The notes below the pieces were generated by a model. It was not told the DNA's origin, searched no databases, and worked only from the letters and a program-made list of their open reading frames with translations. The position numbers were made by a program, and so were the translations under genes. 32,000 nucleotides of DNA from Acinetobacter wanghuae (GTDB lineage: Bacteria > Pseudomonadota > Gammaproteobacteria > Pseudomonadales > Moraxellaceae), in assembly GCF_009557235.1 (NCBI RefSeq), contig NZ_CP045650.1, positions 330,001 to 362,000 of the forward strand, written 5' to 3'. Of the stretch, positions 1 to 10,027 are shown one piece after another; positions within the stretch are counted from its first letter, which is position 1; every line of letters starts with the position of its first letter.

Positions 1-1
1 A

Positions 2-1501
2 GAAGATCAAATGCTTGGCGCTGTATTGTTCGGCCATGACGAAATGCAAATCGCGATCCAAGCGATCAAAGAATTTGCTGCAGCTGCTGGTGCAGTTGAG
101 TCAACTTGGGTTGCTCCAGTTAAAAATGAAGAACTTCTTGGTAAATTGAAAGAAGCATTCGAAGCGAAAATCTCTGAAGCATATACTATTGCTATTAAGC
201 ATGAACGTTATGCAGCACTTGATGCGCTCCAAGAAGAAGCATTGGCTCAATTCGTTCCTGAAAATGACGAAACTGGCATTTCTGACGAAGTTAACGAATT
301 ATTCGAAGACTTAAAATACCGTACCGTACGTGACAATATCTTGTCTGGTAAACCACGTATTGATGGTCGTGACACAAAAACTGTACGTGCAATTGACGTA
401 CAAGTGGGCGTTCTAGATCGTGCTCACGGTTCTGCATTGTTCACACGTGGTGAAACTCAAGCGTTGGTAACAACAACTTTGGGTAATACACGTGATGCGT
501 TGATGGTTGATACCCTTGCAGGTACTAAAACTGATAACTTCATGCTTCACTACAACTTCCCTGCATACTCTGTAGGTGAAACAGGTCGTGAATCTGGTCC
601 TAAACGTCGTGAAATTGGTCACGGTCGTTTGGCGCGTCGTGGTGTTCAAGCGGTGCTTCCACCAGCAGATCGCTTCCCGTACGTAATTCGTATCGTATCT
701 GATATTACTGAATCAAACGGTTCATCTTCAATGGCTTCTGTATGTGGTGCTTCACTATCACTTATGGATGCAGGTGTTCCACTTAAAGCGCCAGTTGCGG
801 GTATTGCGATGGGTCTTGTGAAAGAAGGCGAGCGTTTCGCAGTTCTTTCTGACATCTTAGGTGATGAAGATCACTTGGGCGATATGGACTTTAAAGTAGC
901 AGGTTCTGCAACCGGTATTACTGCGCTTCAAATGGACATCAAGATCGAAGGTATTACCGAAGAGATCATGGAGTCTGCATTGAACCAAGCTTATGCTGGT
1001 CGTATGCACATTCTTAATGAGATGAACCAAGTCATTTCACGCGCTCGTCCTGAAATTTCAATGCACGCACCGACATTCCAAGTGATTAACATCAATCCGG
1101 ACAAAATCCGTGATGTGATCGGTAAAGGCGGCGCGACTATTCGTGCAATCACTGAAGAAACCAAAGCTGCAATCGATATCGAAGATAACGGTACAGTTCG
1201 CGTATTCGGTGAAACTAAAGCTGCTGCGGCTGCTGCGGTTGCGAAAATCCAAGCACTTACTGCTGAAATCGAACCAGGCACAATCTATATGGGTAAAGTT
1301 ATCCGTATTGTTGAGTTTGGTGCGTTCGTGAACATCTTGCCAGGTACTGATGGTTTACTTCACATCTCTCAAATCTCAAACGAACGCATTGCGAACGTTG
1401 CAGATGTATTGAAAGAAGGCCAAGAAATTAAAGTTCAAGTGGCTGACGTTGACAACCGTGGTCGTATCAAGTTGTCTATGAAAGACATCGAACAAGCATA
1501 A
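2..1501 (+). CDS. pnp: Polyribonucleotide nucleotidyltransferase (PNPase), 5-prime truncated by window edge
   Basis: The frame is open from the window edge (EDQ precedes the first Met). The translation shows the second RNase PH domain, a KH motif ([10 protein letters not shown]) and an S1 domain ([27 protein letters not shown]), as in PNPase. Confidence 0.97.
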   Translation, partial: EDQMLGAVLFGHDEMQIAIQAIKEFAAAAGAVESTWVAPVKNEELLGKLKEAFEAKISEAYTIAIKHERYAALDALQEEALAQFVPENDETGISDEVNELFEDLKYRTVRDNILSGKPRIDGRDTKTVRAIDVQVGVLDRAHGSALFTRGETQALVTTTLGNTRDALMVDTLAGTKTDNFMLHYNFPAYSVGETGRESGPKRREIGHGRLARRGVQAVLPPADRFPYVIRIVSDITESNGSSSMASVCGASLSLMDAGVPLKAPVAGIAMGLVKEGERFAVLSDILGDEDHLGDMDFKVAGSATGITALQMDIKIEGITEEIMESALNQAYAGRMHILNEMNQVISRARPEISMHAPTFQVININPDKIRDVIGKGGATIRAITEETKAAIDIEDNGTVRVFGETKAAAAAAVAKIQALTAEIEPGTIYMGKVIRIVEFGAFVNILPGTDGLLHISQISNERIANVADVLKEGQEIKVQVADVDNRGRIKLSMKDIEQA

Positions 1502-1513
1502 TATTGGCTTGAA

Positions 1514-1541
1514 GATTCATATGGCACTCTCCATATGAATC
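1514..1541. other. Perfect 11-bp inverted repeat (gattcatatgg / ccatatgaatc, 6-nt loop) 13 nt after the pnp stop
   Basis: Read directly from the sequence. No T-tract follows, so this is probably a 3-prime stabilising hairpin rather than a terminator. Confidence 0.4.
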
Positions 1542-1548
1542 GTGGTCT

Positions 1549-1606
1549 AAAAGAAAAGCCCTGTACTTTGCTAATGTTTAGATTTTAGCGGGTACGGGGC
1601 TTTTTT
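1549..1606. terminator. Bidirectional rho-independent terminator between convergent pnp and ydcH-like genes
   Basis: Outer stem agccctgtac/gtacggggct (one G-T pair) and inner stem gctaa/ttagc. An A-rich run lies on the left and TTTTTT on the right. Confidence 0.7.
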
Positions 1607-1729
1607 ATGCATCATGGTATAACAAGAAAATACACTATGATTTTAAATTACAAAGGTCTGTAAGCTGTTTCGCTTTGAACAGTCCTGTCGATCTATGTCG
1701 TTTTTGATGAATCAGATACTGGTTGCAAT

Positions 1730-1957
1730 TTAACTCAGCGGATCTGCTTCTGAACTCTTTAACAGTCGATAAATTTCATCTTTAAGCTTCAGTTTTTTGC
1801 GCTTAATCCCTTCTATATCATCATTAACATGATTAATCGGATCAAGTTCTAACTGTGCAATTTGCTTATCTAATACGGCATGTTCCTCAAACAAGTTCGC
1901 AAAATATGGATTTTCTTGGCGAAGTTGGACAATTAAATCCCGATATTCAGGGAACAT
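1730..1957 (-). CDS. ydcH: YdcH-like DUF465 family small protein
   Basis: From the internal Met the protein begins MFPEYRDLIVQLRQENPYF..KKLKLKDEI, close to my recollection of E. coli YdcH (MFPEYRDLISRLKNENPRF..). The ORF track extends it to 1993, but that N-terminal extension is probably not translated. Confidence 0.8.
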   Translation of the reverse strand: MFPEYRDLIVQLRQENPYFANLFEEHAVLDKQIAQLELDPINHVNDDIEGIKRKKLKLKDEIYRLLKSSEADPLS

Positions 1958-2021
1958 GTGTTTTATTTTTTTATTACAATCTTTGGTCTTCATGAGTGCC
2001 GTTTTTCTCGCTATAAAAATG

Positions 2022-2068
2022 AAAAAATAGAAAAACCTAAGTGATATCTCGCTATGAGGTCACTTAGG
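2022..2068 (-). terminator. Rho-independent terminator of the cbpM-like gene
   Basis: 9-bp perfect stem cctaagtga/tcacttagg with a 15-nt loop. On the minus strand it is followed by tttttctatttttt. Confidence 0.6.
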
Positions 2069-2078
2069 AGGTTTATAT

Positions 2079-2405
2079 TTATTTGAAATGCGATTGTTTC
2101 ACTTGATGACGGAGTTGTTGTACTTCATCAATGAGATCAATCATCATCGCGACAGCGCTAAAAGAAGCATCAAAATCGCGTTGTAAACGATAAGCCCGCT
2201 GAGCTCGCGAGATATCTTCATCCATAAACATAGACACCTGAGGTTCAGAGCGCTCGGGTAAAATGCCGTGCTCAATCAATTGCAAGACCCACTCAGGGCT
2301 TTGTCCGCAAACTTCAGCAAAATGGCTTAAATCTAAATATTGCTGATCCATCACATCGGATGCGGTGAAACTGGATGCATTTTCTCTAATTTGGATGGTT
2401 GTCAT
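2079..2405 (-). CDS. CbpM-like (MerR_2-type) chaperone-modulator family protein
   Basis: 108 aa. The layout resembles E. coli CbpM as I recall it: an N-terminal 'F..VCG.S.EW..L.E.GIL.P' segment and a C-terminal 'D.....A.MIDLIDEV..LR' segment. No cbpA/dnaJ-like partner is adjacent. Confidence 0.6.
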   Translation of the reverse strand: MTTIQIRENASSFTASDVMDQQYLDLSHFAEVCGQSPEWVLQLIEHGILPERSEPQVSMFMDEDISRAQRAYRLQRDFDASFSAVAMMIDLIDEVQQLRHQVKQSHFK

Positions 2406-2756
2406 GGCTTACTCCTTAAACATACAGGTTTAAGTAATCAATCATTCTTCGCAAATATGGGATGCAATTTCGATATGTGCATCCTGCCTATTTAAAATAT
2501 AAAATTCCTAGTTTGATTCTGATCACAGGGAGTTGTTTAAGAATCATGTTGTTTGATTTTATTATTCAGGCTTTCATCAGACTGAAACAGTAATGTTTTG
2601 TACCTTATTGTTTCAAAAAATGACAGATTCAAACACAAGATAAGATGCCTTTAAAAAAGTGAATAAAATTATGCTTTTATTTTTTAGCATTCTGCGAATT
2701 AGAAAATAACGTATGACTTGAATGTGTATTTAGATGCCTGATATTCGGTTTTGCTA

Positions 2757-2789
2757 ACAAAAAAAGCACCCCCAATGGCGTGCTTTTTA
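2757..2789 (-). terminator. Rho-independent terminator downstream of hslO
   Basis: aaaaaagcac-ccc-caat-ggc-gtgcttttt: an imperfect GC stem flanked by an A-run and a T-run, 19 nt after the hslO stop. Confidence 0.6.
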
Positions 2790-2807
2790 TGACAGATAAA
2801 CCTTATT

Positions 2808-3695
2808 TTAGCTTAAGTGTTTGCCAAATAAACTTAAGGCTTCTTCCGCAGTAAATGTGTATTTACTGTTGCAGAATTGGCAATCCATTTCGATTGGATT
2901 TTGAAATTCGAGTGTTTCACGAACCGATTCGATCCCGACTTGCTCTAATGCAACGGCACAACGTTCTTTTGAACACGTGCAACCAAATTTCAGTACTTCC
3001 GCTTCAGGCAAACGTACTTCTTCTTCATTGTACAAGCGATACAAAATTTCGTTGGCATCTAAAGTGGTTAACTCATCAATTTTTAACGTTTCAGTTAACA
3101 CAGTTAGACGTGGCCAGAGATCTTCATCGACACGGCGTTGTTCTTCTTCATTGTTACGAGGTAACAATTGAATCAGTAAACCACCTGCACGTTGCTCATC
3201 ACTTGCAAGAACAATGCGGGTTGGAATTTGCGCAGATAAGTCATAGTACTGCATTAAACAGCTGGCAAGGTTATCTTTATCTAAAGGCACAATCCCTTGA
3301 TAACGTTCACCAAACTCAGGTTCAATGTTAATAAACAAGACAGGATTAGCGAGTGCTTTAAATACTGTGCTGCTATCAACTGCTTCATCAAAACGTGGAT
3401 CAGTTTCATAGTCCGCTAAGGCACGCACTTCGCCCAAGTGGTTACATTCAGCCATTGCCCATTTAAAGCTGCCTGATGCCTGAATTTGCAGGCTAATACG
3501 CCCTTTAATTTTAAGCGTACTTGCTAAGAGTGCTGTTGCACATAACATTTCACCAAGCAGTACTTTAACTGCAGGCGCGTAGTCACGTTGCGTGATAATG
3601 GTTTGTAACGCTTCTTCGAGATGTACCACTTCACCACGGACAGGGCTATCTTCAATAAAAAAACGTTGGCGTAAATCAGACATAAAATTCTCCAT
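2808..3695 (-). CDS. hslO: Redox-regulated chaperone Hsp33
   Basis: Full-length similarity to Hsp33, including the C-terminal zinc centre CTCSKERC...CQFCNSKY. The Met at 3683 has a better SD (GGAG, 6-nt spacing) and may be the true start. Confidence 0.95.
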   Translation of the reverse strand: MENFMSDLRQRFFIEDSPVRGEVVHLEEALQTIITQRDYAPAVKVLLGEMLCATALLASTLKIKGRISLQIQASGSFKWAMAECNHLGEVRALADYETDPRFDEAVDSSTVFKALANPVLFINIEPEFGERYQGIVPLDKDNLASCLMQYYDLSAQIPTRIVLASDEQRAGGLLIQLLPRNNEEEQRRVDEDLWPRLTVLTETLKIDELTTLDANEILYRLYNEEEVRLPEAEVLKFGCTCSKERCAVALEQVGIESVRETLEFQNPIEMDCQFCNSKYTFTAEEALSLFGKHLS

Positions 3696-3733
3696 AACCC
3701 TGCTTTAATGGTGACACTATTGTAAAACACAAG

Positions 3734-5581
3734 TTATGACAGATCATCTCTTATCACATCAATAGGATTGTGGTCACGATCTGTTAAAGCGCGAGTATCT
3801 GACTTGATTGGATGTAACACTTGGTCTTGCTCAAATAAATGCGCAAGTTCAGCCAAAACACTGTGATCGGATCTCGCCTGATCTATAGATGAAGAAGACT
3901 GCTGTACTTTTAATAAGTCATTATCATGCGCTTGGAAGCGTTGAATAGCGGTTTTGGCTTGTTCGGTTTCAAGACCTAAATGAGACAGCACATGTTCAGT
4001 GAGATTCAAAGCAGAATGATACGTTTCTCGCCAAATATGCTGAATACCTAAATCTTGTAACAGCTCTGCATGATGACGGTCACGAGCGCGTACCCAAATG
4101 TTTATATCGGGATAATTCCACGTTAAATGTCGCACAATCAGCATGGAATCTTCAATATCATCAATCGCAACAATGACCGTATCGGTTGAACGAATGCCTG
4201 CTTGTACGAGTGTATCTGGCTCGGTGGCATCTGCTTGATAAAATGGAATATCGTACTGAGCAAGTAAATGTGTTGCTTCAATCGTACTGTCCATGACGCT
4301 AAAGCTTTGTTGCTGCTGACGTAAGATTCGCGCAATCATTTGCCCAAATCGACCGAAACCAATCAATAAAATAGGGGTGCTGATATGCGCAGAACTGTCC
4401 GTATCAAAGGTGGCAAGTAAATGATTATGGCGATCCAATCGTGGCAAAATCTGTCGATCTAACAGCCAGTAAATGATTGGCGTAAGTAACATGGAAATAA
4501 CCACAATGAGCAGTAAAGGCGAAAGCAATGCACGGTCAATCACGCCTTCAAATGTCGCAATCATGAGCAAGACAAAACTTAATTCACCTGCTTGTGCAAG
4601 GCTCGCTGCCAATAAGCTGCTATTTCGCCATGTTTGCTGATAAAAACGTGATAGCGCCAGACTGATTGCAAACTTCACACTAAACAGTGCCAAAACGCCA
4701 AGCGTAATGAACAGTGAGTTTTGCAGCACATCTTTTAGATCGATATACAGTCCAAGACTAATAAAACATAAACCAATGAATAGCCCTAAAAAGGGTTTGA
4801 TGCTCGACTCAATTGCAGGTCTAAAATCAGAATCTGCCAACAGTACGCCAGCAAATAATGCAGCAAGATAGACATGCACACCAATCACACTCATTAAAAG
4901 CAATAAGCCTAAAGTGACAAACAATGCCACGATAATATGCAGTTCATGGCTGCCACTTTTTGCAATCCATTGATACAAGGGCTGAAACACATAGCGATTT
5001 GATAAAAACAATCCGGTAAATGTTGCCAATATGACTGCAAAATAAGCCACCCCATGTTCAGTCGATGGAATACCCGACAACAGCGGAATCAGCGCAATAA
5101 ATGGAATACTCAGCAACGCTTGAATCATCAGTATGGAATAGCTATTTTGTCCATGTGTGGTCGCAAGTTGATCTTGTTTATTTAAATGTTGAATGACTAA
5201 GGTCGTGGCTGAAAAGCTCGCTGCTAAACCAATCGCAAAACTGGCGCGAAAACTTTGCCCCAAAATAAAATGAATCATGCCTGCAAAAATAAGGGTAGAG
5301 ACACTGCTTAAAATCGCTGTCATGATCCAGATGGTTGGGCTCATGCGAGTAAGACGTTCAGGACGTAACTGTAGCCCCAGCCAAAACAGCAAGAGAAAAA
5401 TACTGATTTGGGTAAACTGCAGTTGTAGCTCAGGCATATTCGTTATTTGAAAATAACCCGAACCCGCAATGATGCCCGTTAAAATATAGCCCAAGGTGCT
5501 CGGGATATTCAGCCTTTTACATAGCGGCACCAATAACAGTGCAATTGCTAAAACTAAAGTTATTTGTAGCAAAATCGGCAT
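3734..5581 (-). CDS. CPA2-family monovalent cation:proton antiporter (KefB/KefC-like) with C-terminal RCK/TrkA-N domain
   Basis: 615 aa with roughly 12 hydrophobic segments, followed by a Rossmann motif ILLIGFGRFGQMIARIL. Length and architecture match Kef-type K+ efflux proteins. Confidence 0.9.
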   Translation of the reverse strand: MPILLQITLVLAIALLLVPLCKRLNIPSTLGYILTGIIAGSGYFQITNMPELQLQFTQISIFLLLFWLGLQLRPERLTRMSPTIWIMTAILSSVSTLIFAGMIHFILGQSFRASFAIGLAASFSATTLVIQHLNKQDQLATTHGQNSYSILMIQALLSIPFIALIPLLSGIPSTEHGVAYFAVILATFTGLFLSNRYVFQPLYQWIAKSGSHELHIIVALFVTLGLLLLMSVIGVHVYLAALFAGVLLADSDFRPAIESSIKPFLGLFIGLCFISLGLYIDLKDVLQNSLFITLGVLALFSVKFAISLALSRFYQQTWRNSSLLAASLAQAGELSFVLLMIATFEGVIDRALLSPLLLIVVISMLLTPIIYWLLDRQILPRLDRHNHLLATFDTDSSAHISTPILLIGFGRFGQMIARILRQQQQSFSVMDSTIEATHLLAQYDIPFYQADATEPDTLVQAGIRSTDTVIVAIDDIEDSMLIVRHLTWNYPDINIWVRARDRHHAELLQDLGIQHIWRETYHSALNLTEHVLSHLGLETEQAKTAIQRFQAHDNDLLKVQQSSSSIDQARSDHSVLAELAHLFEQDQVLHPIKSDTRALTDRDHNPIDVIRDDLS

Positions 5582-5636
5582 TGTTCTACCTTAAAATTGA
5601 GATATCCAATATGACATAAGCGAAGCGGTTGCTAAA

Positions 5637-7907
5637 TTAGCTTAACTCTTGTGGGTCAATATCCAAGGTTAATTTCATGGTTGAGGGCTTATCGCTCAGC
5701 ATGTTTTGCCACCAATCTTTTAAATAATAATGTAAGCGTGCACGATTCGCAGATAGCAACACCATATGGGATTGGTAGCGACCTGCCTTACGTTCCATCG
5801 GGGCAGGAATGGGTCCCCAAATATCCAAAGCTAAATCGGGATATTGACGTAGCAATGCTGCATGTTTTTGCAGGAAGTCGGTATTTAAGTTTTGTTGCTT
5901 AGATTCACAGCGAATTAAAGCTGCATATCGAAACGGTGGCATCATCGCAATTTGACGTTCTTTTAAAGTTTGTTTGGCAAACGTACGATAATTTTCCTGA
6001 ACCAATGTATTTAATAATGCATGATCGGGGCGTAGGGTTTGTAAATAGACATCGCCTTTACGCTCACCACGACCGGCACGCCCTGAGACCTGCACAATCA
6101 ACTGTGCGGTGCGTTCCGTTGCTCGAAAGTCGACACTGAGTAAACCTGAATCAATATCTAAAATTGCGACCAAGGTGACATACGGGAAATGGTGACCCTT
6201 TGCAAGCATCTGCGTGCCCAGTAAAATTGCCGGCTCGCTCTTTTGGATTTTGTCATAAATTTTTTGCCAGCTGCCGACCCGACTGGTCGAATCACGATCG
6301 ACTCGAATCACATCATGATCGGGGAATAGTTCATTCAAATGTTCTTCGACTTTGGCTGTGCCCATACCCAGTGGTTTGAGTTCGGTGTGATTGCAGCTTG
6401 GGCAATGCTCCGGCATCCGATGAATGGTGCCGCAGTGATGGCAATGCAAATGCTGATAAGGCTGACGATGCACGGTAAAGTTCGCATCGCAATGTGGACA
6501 CTGAGCTTGCCAACCACAACTATCGCAAATAAGTACCGGTGCATAACCGCGACGGTTTAGAAAGACTAAGACTTGTTCTTTACGCTCTAAACGTTTTTGA
6601 ATTTCTTGAATCAGCAAGAGACTAATACCATGCTGCTTTTGCGCAACTTTCAAATCCAAAATATGGATCTTGGGCATGAGTGCCGAACCTGCACGTTGAT
6701 TCAATTCAAGCGATTGCATTTTGCCATTTTCGACCAAAGCAAAACTATCGATGCTAGGCGTGGCAGAACCTAACACTACAGGACATTGTTGTAAATGCGC
6801 ACGATACAATGCCACATCACGTGCGTGATAGCGGAACCCTTCTTGTTGTTTAAAGGACAAATCGTGTTCCTCATCGAGGATGATCAGTCCAAGATGAGGC
6901 ATTGGCGTATAAATAGCAGAACGCGTACCTAAAACAATGGATGCTTTACCTGTTTCCGCTGCTTGCCATGCTTGTAGGCGTTTACTGTCATTTAAACCTG
7001 AATGCAGCAGTGCAATATGACAGTGGAAACGTGATTGGAAGCGACTAATGGTTTGCGGTGTCAGACCAATTTCAGGGACTAAAACAAGGACTTGCTTGCC
7101 TTGTTTCAGCACCTGTTCCATGATCTGTAAATACACTTCAGTTTTACCACTACCCGTTAAGCCATCGAGCAGAAAAGCTTGATATTTATTTTTAAATTTA
7201 AGGACTTGAGCAATGGCACGTTTTTGTTCTTCATTGGCGCTGAGCGGCATTTGTGCCATCTGTACCACTTGCGGGCTAAAATCTTGCGGCTCAAGTACAC
7301 ATTCACAAATCTCTTTTTTAGCGAGTGCTTTTAAGGTCGCGGTTTCAATGCCTGCCATATTTAAAATATTTTCCGCTGTACCGACCGGATGCAGCTTTAA
7401 AACTTTATAAGCATCTTGTTGTTTTTCCGAACGGCGTACTTTGCTTTCGGCATTCATATCCAAAAGCTTCCATGTACGCGCCAGTAAATTATAGGGTTTT
7501 CCTTGGCGCAATAAGGTCGGTAATGCACTATGTACCACTTCACCAATCGGGAATTGATAATATTGGGCTGACCATTTCAGTAAATTCAATACTGTCTCAT
7601 CAATAATGGCGCGATCATCCAACAGTTCGCTAATATTTTTGAGTTTAAAACGTGGGTCTAGCGGTTCATCAAGCGGCAACTTTTGCATAATGATGCCGAC
7701 TAAATTTTGCCGACCAAAAGACACGGCGACCCGAGCACCGACTTCCGCTTGCTCATATTGTTGCTGACTGAGTAGGTAGTCAAAACAATCAAATAGATAA
7801 ACAGGAACAGCAACGCGAACACGGTATAAGAGAGCTGAACTGTCGATAGAATTTGGCATAGAGCGAGAAAGTTGTCCTGATGAAATTTCGTCGAGATAAA
7901 CGTTCAC
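5637..7907 (-). CDS. priA: Primosomal replication-restart helicase PriA
   Basis: Walker A GLTGSGKTEVY, a DEEH box, and a Cys-rich zinc insertion CDSCGWQAQCPHCDANF..CHHCG..CPSCN. An alternative start at 7859 is possible. Confidence 0.95.
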   Translation of the reverse strand: MNVYLDEISSGQLSRSMPNSIDSSALLYRVRVAVPVYLFDCFDYLLSQQQYEQAEVGARVAVSFGRQNLVGIIMQKLPLDEPLDPRFKLKNISELLDDRAIIDETVLNLLKWSAQYYQFPIGEVVHSALPTLLRQGKPYNLLARTWKLLDMNAESKVRRSEKQQDAYKVLKLHPVGTAENILNMAGIETATLKALAKKEICECVLEPQDFSPQVVQMAQMPLSANEEQKRAIAQVLKFKNKYQAFLLDGLTGSGKTEVYLQIMEQVLKQGKQVLVLVPEIGLTPQTISRFQSRFHCHIALLHSGLNDSKRLQAWQAAETGKASIVLGTRSAIYTPMPHLGLIILDEEHDLSFKQQEGFRYHARDVALYRAHLQQCPVVLGSATPSIDSFALVENGKMQSLELNQRAGSALMPKIHILDLKVAQKQHGISLLLIQEIQKRLERKEQVLVFLNRRGYAPVLICDSCGWQAQCPHCDANFTVHRQPYQHLHCHHCGTIHRMPEHCPSCNHTELKPLGMGTAKVEEHLNELFPDHDVIRVDRDSTSRVGSWQKIYDKIQKSEPAILLGTQMLAKGHHFPYVTLVAILDIDSGLLSVDFRATERTAQLIVQVSGRAGRGERKGDVYLQTLRPDHALLNTLVQENYRTFAKQTLKERQIAMMPPFRYAALIRCESKQQNLNTDFLQKHAALLRQYPDLALDIWGPIPAPMERKAGRYQSHMVLLSANRARLHYYLKDWWQNMLSDKPSTMKLTLDIDPQELS

Positions 7908-8009
7908 TTATGATAGAGTGATTTGAATCTTTATATCTTAGAATATGAATGATTTCGGTGGTCAGACGCAACAGCGTTTCGCGAAATTTTGGAAAATTAG
8001 AGCATTACA

Positions 8010-9215
8010 ATGCCTGCATATCAGTTTACTGCACTTGATGCTTCAGGGAAGCAGCAAAAAGGTGTATTAGAAGGGGATTCCGCCCGTCAAATACGTCAAC
8101 AGTTAAGGGATAAAGCGCTGATTCCTGTATCAGTCGATCCTGTCGAAAAAAAAGATAAACACGACCAACCGCGTTGGTTCAAAAAAAGCATGACCGCCTA
8201 TGATTTGGCTTTAATGACCCGTCAATTATCTGTGTTGGTCGCTGCAGGTATTCCTTTAGAAGAAGCCATTCGTGCCGTCGGTAAACAAAGTGAAAAAGTG
8301 CATGTGCAGAACCTACTCATGTCAGTACGTTCACGTGTCATGGAAGGGCATTCTTTGGCAAGTGCCTTACAACAGTCAGGACGTTTTCCTGATTTGTACG
8401 GTGCAACCATTGCAGCTGGTGAGCGTTCAGGTCATTTAGATTTAATTTTAGATCAATTGGCAGACTACACCGAAAACCGTTTTGCCATGCAGAAAAAGAT
8501 TCAAGGTGCGATGGTCTATCCAATTATTTTAATGCTGATGGCATTTGCGATTGTGATGGGGCTCATGACCTATGTTGTACCGGATATCGTGAAAACCTTT
8601 GATCAAAGTAAAGATGCCTTGCCGTGGATTACCGTTGCATTAATGAAAGCCAGTGATTTTATTCGCGTGGCTTGGCCATTTTTACTGATTGGCACGGGCT
8701 TGGGTATTTTCCTCTTGGTTCGGTTTTTAAGAACTACAGCGGGGCATTATTCATTTGACCGTTTAACTCTGAAGTTGCCTTTGTTTGGTAAGTTATCACG
8801 CGGTATTAATGCGGCTCGTTTTGCCAGTACTTTGTCCATTTTGACGCAATCGGGCGTGCCTTTGGTGGATGCATTGAAAATTGGTGCAGCAGTGAGTAAT
8901 AACTGGGTCATCCGTGATGCTGTGAATATTGCTGCTGAAAAAGTCACGGAAGGTGGCAACCTTGCTAGCCAATTGGAGCGCAGTGGTTATTTTCCACCGA
9001 TGATGGTACAAATGATTAAAAGTGGCGAGGCATCGGGTGAGTTGGATCGCATGTTGCAACGCTCATCAGATATGCAAGATCGTGAAGTGACGACCTTAAT
9101 TTCGACTTTATTGGCGTTGCTTGAACCGTTAATGTTGGTGTTGATGGCGAGCATTGTTTTAGTCATTGTTATTGCGGTCATGCTGCCGATTGTAAATATG
9201 AATAATATGATTTAA
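8010..9215 (+). CDS. gspF: Type II secretion system inner-membrane platform protein GspF
   Basis: 401 aa with the duplicated T2SS-F architecture. It is immediately followed by a GspG-type major pseudopilin. Confidence 0.88.
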   Translation: MPAYQFTALDASGKQQKGVLEGDSARQIRQQLRDKALIPVSVDPVEKKDKHDQPRWFKKSMTAYDLALMTRQLSVLVAAGIPLEEAIRAVGKQSEKVHVQNLLMSVRSRVMEGHSLASALQQSGRFPDLYGATIAAGERSGHLDLILDQLADYTENRFAMQKKIQGAMVYPIILMLMAFAIVMGLMTYVVPDIVKTFDQSKDALPWITVALMKASDFIRVAWPFLLIGTGLGIFLLVRFLRTTAGHYSFDRLTLKLPLFGKLSRGINAARFASTLSILTQSGVPLVDALKIGAAVSNNWVIRDAVNIAAEKVTEGGNLASQLERSGYFPPMMVQMIKSGEASGELDRMLQRSSDMQDREVTTLISTLLALLEPLMLVLMASIVLVIVIAVMLPIVNMNNMI

Positions 9216-9309
9216 GTCGTCAAACCATTGATTTAAATCTGCGAAACTTGCTAATAATGAAATATGGGAATGGCTCCCGCAATAGACATATATGAATGAG
9301 AGATGTGCA

Positions 9310-9744
9310 ATGCAACACAACCGATTAAAAAAACAGTCTGGCTTTACCTTAATTGAAGTGATGGTCGTAATTGTCATCTTAGGGGTCTTGGCTGCGTTAA
9401 TCGTTCCGAATGTGATGGGACGTGGTGAAAAAGCCAAAGTCGATACGACAGTTATTAAATTGCAAAGTATTGCTGGCTCATTGGATCAATATAAACTCGA
9501 CAACGGCAAATATCCAACCATGCAAGAAGGCGGTTTGGATGCGCTGGTTAATCAACCCGCTTCAGCGAAAAATTGGTTGCCAGGTGGTTATGTAAAAGGC
9601 GGTTATCCGAAAGATAGTTGGGATAATGAGCTTCAATATGTAATGCCGGGTACTGAAGGTCGTGCATTTGATTTATATTCATTTGGCGCAGATGGACAGT
9701 CAGGTGGTGAAGGTACGGATGCTGATATTTATTTTAAACCTTAA
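9310..9744 (+). CDS. gspG: Type II secretion major pseudopilin GspG
   Basis: Prepilin leader MQHNRLKKQSG/FTLIEVMVVIVILGVLAALIVPNV and a GspG-type body (KLDNGKYPT..GLDALV..DPW-like..YSFGADG). The Met at 9310 has a GAGAG SD; the ORF track starts at 9292. Confidence 0.9.
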   Translation: MQHNRLKKQSGFTLIEVMVVIVILGVLAALIVPNVMGRGEKAKVDTTVIKLQSIAGSLDQYKLDNGKYPTMQEGGLDALVNQPASAKNWLPGGYVKGGYPKDSWDNELQYVMPGTEGRAFDLYSFGADGQSGGEGTDADIYFKP

Positions 9745-9778
9745 TTGAGAATCATTATTTATTTACATTAAAGTCATA

Positions 9779-9823
9779 TATCACTTCACTCAGTTTATTG
9801 GTTTAATACGAAGTGAAGTGATA
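9779..9823. other. 12-bp perfect inverted repeat in the AT-rich spacer after gspG
   Basis: tatcacttcact ... agtgaagtgata with a 21-nt loop. There is no clear T-tract, so a terminator function is uncertain. Confidence 0.3.
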
Positions 9824-10027
9824 ATAGATCTTAATTATCAAATATAATCTAAGTAGCTGAAAAATAAAAATATCAAATAATAATAACAATATGAGATTTA
9901 TAATAAGAATTATTCCCATATGTATTGATTACAATTCTTGTAAATGATGAACGAATATAGTCTTTCTATTTAAAATAAATTGCTCATAATGATCTTTATG
10001 GTATGTGCTACACCCAAGGAGAGAGAT

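Noticed and set aside
1730-2405. The ydcH-like / cbpM-like pair as a toxin-antitoxin module
   Set aside because: The genes are separated by a terminator and about 85-120 nt, and neither belongs to a known toxin or antitoxin family.
2855-3331. 158-aa ORF antisense to hslO (and the 64-aa ORF at 2977-3171)
   Set aside because: It lies entirely inside a well-supported Hsp33 gene on the opposite strand. The sequence is low-complexity and Cys/His/Leu-rich with no SD. This is a typical shadow ORF.
8010-9215. Calling the platform protein PilC (type IV pilus) instead of GspF
   Set aside because: The next gene is a GspG-type major pseudopilin rather than pilD or a pilin, and no pilB lies upstream. 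T2SS assignment is therefore preferred, although the two families are homologous.
9159-9437. 92-aa minus-strand ORF bridging the gspF end and the gspG start
   Set aside because: It is antisense to two confidently called T2SS genes, with no ribosome-binding site and a compositionally odd sequence.
9891-9947. 18-aa mini-ORF (MRFIIRIIPICIDYNSCK) in the AT-rich spacer after gspG, considered as a leader peptide
   Set aside because: It has no SD, is dominated by rare AGA/ATA codons, and is expected by chance in DNA this AT-rich.
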